Assembly (NCBI RefSeq): GCF_021869535.1
Contig: NW_026262679.1
Span: forward strand, 56,544,001-56,608,000
Source: Mytilus californianus
Taxonomy: Eukaryota
Reading direction: 5' to 3'
Length of the DNA stretch: 64,000 bases
Shown here: positions 59,985 to 64,000 of the stretch, piece by piece
Layout: every line of letters begins with the position of its first letter
How positions within the stretch are numbered: position 1 is the stretch's first letter
Notes under the pieces: model-generated
Databases searched by the model: none
Told to the model about the DNA's origin: nothing
The model's input: the letters and a program-made list of their open reading frames with translations, nothing else
Position numbers and translations under genes: made by a program

Positions 59985-60525
59985 TTCTACTTGCCAACAT
60001 ATATGGATTCTTGGCAGCAATAAAGTTTATCGACAGGTTGTAGGCATTTCAATGCCACCAATTGCGCGCCTTAGCAGACGTGTCCGTGTTTGTTATGGGT
60101 CACAGTTTATGACCAATCTCAGTGAAGATCCGTCAAAATTGCATACATTGATAATTTTATAAACACTTACCGCTTCCTTATGACATTTTTGATTTGAATT
60201 ATCAAACATTTCTAACTTTACGGCGGATATTTACTCAATGGAACTAATTTGAAATAAATCTAATACTAACAGCAATAATTGTTCTTTTTTCTAGATTAAG
60301 ATATGTTCAGTTTGTTCACATGGGCAACTATATATACGAATTTACTATAAAAGGGACGATTTGTCATTCCCTATTGTAAAGTTTCCACTTTTGGACGGTG
60401 TTAAGCATTTGACCTAAATAAATTATCAAGTCAGGGATTTCGTTTCCACATATTAAGTAGAGCTTTTACTAAATTATTTCATAGACACAAATGTTTGATT
60501 TATAAGTTTGGCTGTACCTGCCATT
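59985..60525 (+). mobile_element. Decayed PLE family A RT fragment
   Basis: RQVVGI, NTYRFL.DIF, CSFLD, KRDDLSFPIVKFPLLDG, SQGFRFH. Confidence 0.8.
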
Positions 60526-60924
60526 TTATTTAAGGAATGACTGTAATTTTTTTTCTGTCTATGAAGAAATAACATCTAAAATGTGGTGCACACTGAATAA
60601 CCCGCGTAGTCATTTCTTATAATTTAATTCTAAATTCCATTTTAAACCGGAGTAAACCTTGAAAAAACGTTGATGACGACACGGTCACATGACAAAATTA
60701 TGTCTATGAGCTGATAAACAAAACAACGTCAGCCAATCAGAAGACGCGTTACATCCAAAATTAAATTATAGAAACTTATCCTTAAAGGTTCTTGATTTAA
60801 CACCGTGGGTTAAATTTTTGAATATTTTTTTTAGCGGTACTATTACTGATTTAGTTTTTAAACAATAAAACTGAACTAAATATGTGGTGCTGTATATGTA
60901 CGGTTATATTAAGTTCTTATGATA

Positions 60925-61049
60925 CTGATTTTTTTAGTTTGTTCTTATGTTATGCTGTTACACCACTGCCCAAGGAAAGGGGTGGGTTGGACGGTCATTA
61001 ACACATATTTAAACCCAAAACAATTTAAATGTGCCAGTCCCAAGTCAGG
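60925..61049 (+). mobile_element. PLE trailer fragment with a degenerate twister-like motif
   Basis: accactg...aggggtggg...tTAAACCC...gtgccag TCCCAAGT CAGG. Confidence 0.55.
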
Positions 61050-62544
61050 GAAACAAGTACAAGTGAAAACTCGTATTATGTCAACTCGTACTACTAAAGG
61101 TCTATTCGTACCACTGCAAAGTCGTAACGATTCAACCGCACACATCGTCAACTCTTATCATTAACATGATGAAATAAAGTGTATAAAATACGAATGTCTT
61201 ATGAATCATTTTTGCTACATCTTTATAATAAATAAATAAAATTGAAATGGATTTTCGTGAATTTTCGTGAATTTCTTAACTAGCATAGACATGGCTAATT
61301 GAATTGTTTAAAACATCAACTTTTGTTTCTATGGGTGTTACCTTCTCGTAGATATTGAAAAAGTACGTTTAATCGCATTACACGAAGTATTTTTAAGTGC
61401 ATAGGAATGATCATCTACTCATCTCTGCAGTATAATTGCTGGATGCTATTCTATTTCTATTTTAAAAGCATAAAATCACTTTGAATGTATATATAGATAT
61501 GTCTATGTGTAGATATATAAATATAATGTCGATATTGTGGACCGTCAAAAATAAATAACTAAATTTGTGTTTCGTTTCCATGCCTTCTAATGAAAATACA
61601 ATTAACCTTCGTTATCCAATTAGTCAAGAAACAATCCACTACAAATTGGATATATAAGTCAGGAGCCTTGTAATTCAGTGGTTGCTTTCTACTATATTTA
61701 TTTTTCGTGTATTGTTTTGTCATAAAACAAGCCTTTGGATTTTTTTTAAATTTAGACATGTCGAGGCCTTTTATACATGAATATACGGTATGTATTTGCA
61801 CATTGTGGAATGCCGTACGTTGACCTCTTTTTGGTAGCTTGCATTTCATTTGGAATATGTTGGATAGTTGTGTCATTGACAATCATATCTCATTTCTATA
61901 TTTTACATTAAAACTTTTTACTGTATTTTGCAGAAGTAATCACCATAAACTCCCTTATGTCTTTTCTATATGCATTTGCAACAACATTATACTATTTCGA
62001 TTTTTGAAAGAATCAGAATCTATTTTACTTAGTTAGTATATTCTTTACACGTCAATTTAATAGTGCCGATTTTAGTGAACATAACATATATTCCGTGAAG
62101 TACCATCATCAGGTACATTTCAACCCTGACATCCCACATGTTTGAAGCCATATACAGAAAAATTCTTTTATAATGACATAAACATATATAACTGCAAAAA
62201 TTTTGAGGTCTACTTTGCCTGTTTGAGGTGCAACCTTTAATTAATTTTAATACAGTGATTCATCCCTAAGAATATAATTGGCGAAGTCAAGTTTTTGTAA
62301 GCACGTTTGTTATATGTAGTTTTGAGAAAAAACATAAGCAATCAGAAAATCAATTAGTTCATGATAGTATTGATTAACACTGTTATTAGATTACTGATCA
62401 TCAAAATGTGACAAACTGTATCATGTATATGTGAGACAACTTAAAAAAAACTTACAAAAGGTACAGGTTCTTTATACACGTTTTCCCCTTAACCTTTGAT
62501 CTTTTTTATGTATAATTAAGACTACAGTAATCAAAATAAAGTGA

Positions 62545-63060
62545 AGGAATCCATAAACTCCAAAAGGAGTGTGACTTGGTACGTTTTCAGGGTAAGCGTC
62601 TCCTGCTATGCATGCATAACACTTCATGTGATTTTAGTATCTAAAAATCGGAGACCACGAAAAGATGTCATTAGTGAGTTTAGACACCGACACATCGTAT
62701 TTGTCAACCAATTCGTGATGATGACCAAAAACTTTTGTAGTATTAATCTAAGTCGTTCTTTCTCATACCTCTGTTGGAGCAGTTTTTGTGTAAGAGCACA
62801 ACCCTGTTAATGAAGTACGTGTATTGTCAACACGCACAAGTTAAATGTATTGCCTGCGATATGTCATTGCTGAGAAATGGGTTGACAATTGGTAGTTGAA
62901 ATCATAACGTTTGTCGTATGTGCCAGTTTGGAGTGGTCCATCTATGTAAATATAAAAGAAAATATCAAGATATGAAGCAGACCTTGTGTAAATGATTTTA
63001 CACCCATTGTTATATGTAAAGTTAAAATGTGATAGTGGTTTTTCAGTCTATTTGGATGGC
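62545..63060 (-). mobile_element. Decayed Penelope-like RT C-terminal fragment
   Basis: SASYLDI, TYDKRYDFN, LLTQKLLQQRYEKERL, FGHHHELVDKYDVSVS. Confidence 0.8.
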
Positions 63061-63894
63061 TTAATCAGTGTGGTAGTAAAAATTGTACATTTCATTGTAT
63101 GTATTAATGTTTCACTCTAATAGATTATACGTACATTCATTTCATCCTTGTGTACAACAAATCACATTACAATATGTGGCAGAGCTTTGATTTGGTTGCT
63201 CAATAACTCTGCTGAAAAATTGATATTTTTTAAAAACTGATTTAACTAAATGCTGGTAAGCCTCTTTTATATTCATGAATATCCAATCTAGAACCTCATA
63301 AAAAATCATCAATGAATGATTCATACTTACTATCACACATGTTGGCTTTATAATCAAATTAACATACTACCGAACCGTCAGTACATTTGAGTTTCTGAGA
63401 ACTTTTTGAAAAAAATCAGTCGTTACAGACCTAGAGGAGAAGAATGAGTAAAGAAGAGGACCGAATCAATATTTTTTTCAGTTTGATGTACATTTAGTTC
63501 CTTTATTCAAAAGCTTTCTCGAACCTGTCGCTGGGCATCACTCCAGCGAATGTCTGTTCAATCACTAGGATTTGCATGCCGTTAAAGTCACCAAGTATGT
63601 GATCTGATTTTAGATAAAGGAACTAAATGTACATCATCCAAACGGCATCAATAAGAAATGCTAGCAGTTTTATTTTACACTCATTTTGACAATTTGGGAT
63701 GTATATATACACAGTCGCGTCTACTGAGTATTGAGCTTTTTTTTATTTTATGATGTTCAAGATTTGGGATTAAATCAGTAGACCAAAACTTACCTGTAAT
63801 ATTGAGCTATTTTACACATACAATTAGTATTGTTAAAATTATTGACACTGACGAAGGCTATTTTTTACACATACAATTAGTATGGTTCAAATCA

Positions 63895-63946
63895 TTGACA
63901 CTGACGAAGGCTATTTGTTAATTTGTTAAGCCGAAATATTTGTCAA
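63895..63946 (+). ncRNA. Minimal type I hammerhead candidate (family 3) with an extra A after A9
   Basis: TTGACA CTGACGA A GGCT-16 nt-AGCC GAAA TA T T TGTCAA; 6-bp stem I, 4-bp stem II. Confidence 0.6.
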
Positions 63947-64000
63947 CACGATTTTATAACATCATCCTCGTATATTACCATCTTTCTATTAGGACCGTTG

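Overview
Strongly AT-rich eukaryotic DNA. The repeat families look like a marine bivalve, probably Mytilus-like (inference from recognising the repeats, not from a search). The left half holds one hand-assembled spliced gene on the + strand (CDS 5394-27235, 18 coding exons, about 493 aa). It encodes a long coiled-coil rod with short N/G/S-rich ends and no family I recognise. In the preferred model all 17 introns are phase 1, and one is GC-AG. The rest is a dense mobile-element landscape: Penelope-like (PLE) RT fragments and their 3' trailers, CR1/L2-type RT fragments, a decayed FLYWCH-MULE transposase, Helentron-type non-autonomous elements, TTAA-, TA- and 10-bp-TSD MITEs, a tRNA-derived SINE, minisatellites and an old roughly 9-kb-offset segmental duplication. 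The main finding is that the PLE 3' trailers carry a circularly permuted (type-P5-like) twister-ribozyme fold with compensatory base changes between subfamilies. One copy (46040-46141) keeps all the core residues I expect. Three families of minimal hammerhead motifs occur alongside. Most short ORFs in the supplied track are spurious or are TE or exon read-throughs. No rRNA, tRNA gene or CRISPR array was seen. All coordinates and identities were derived by eye; TE boundaries are approximate.
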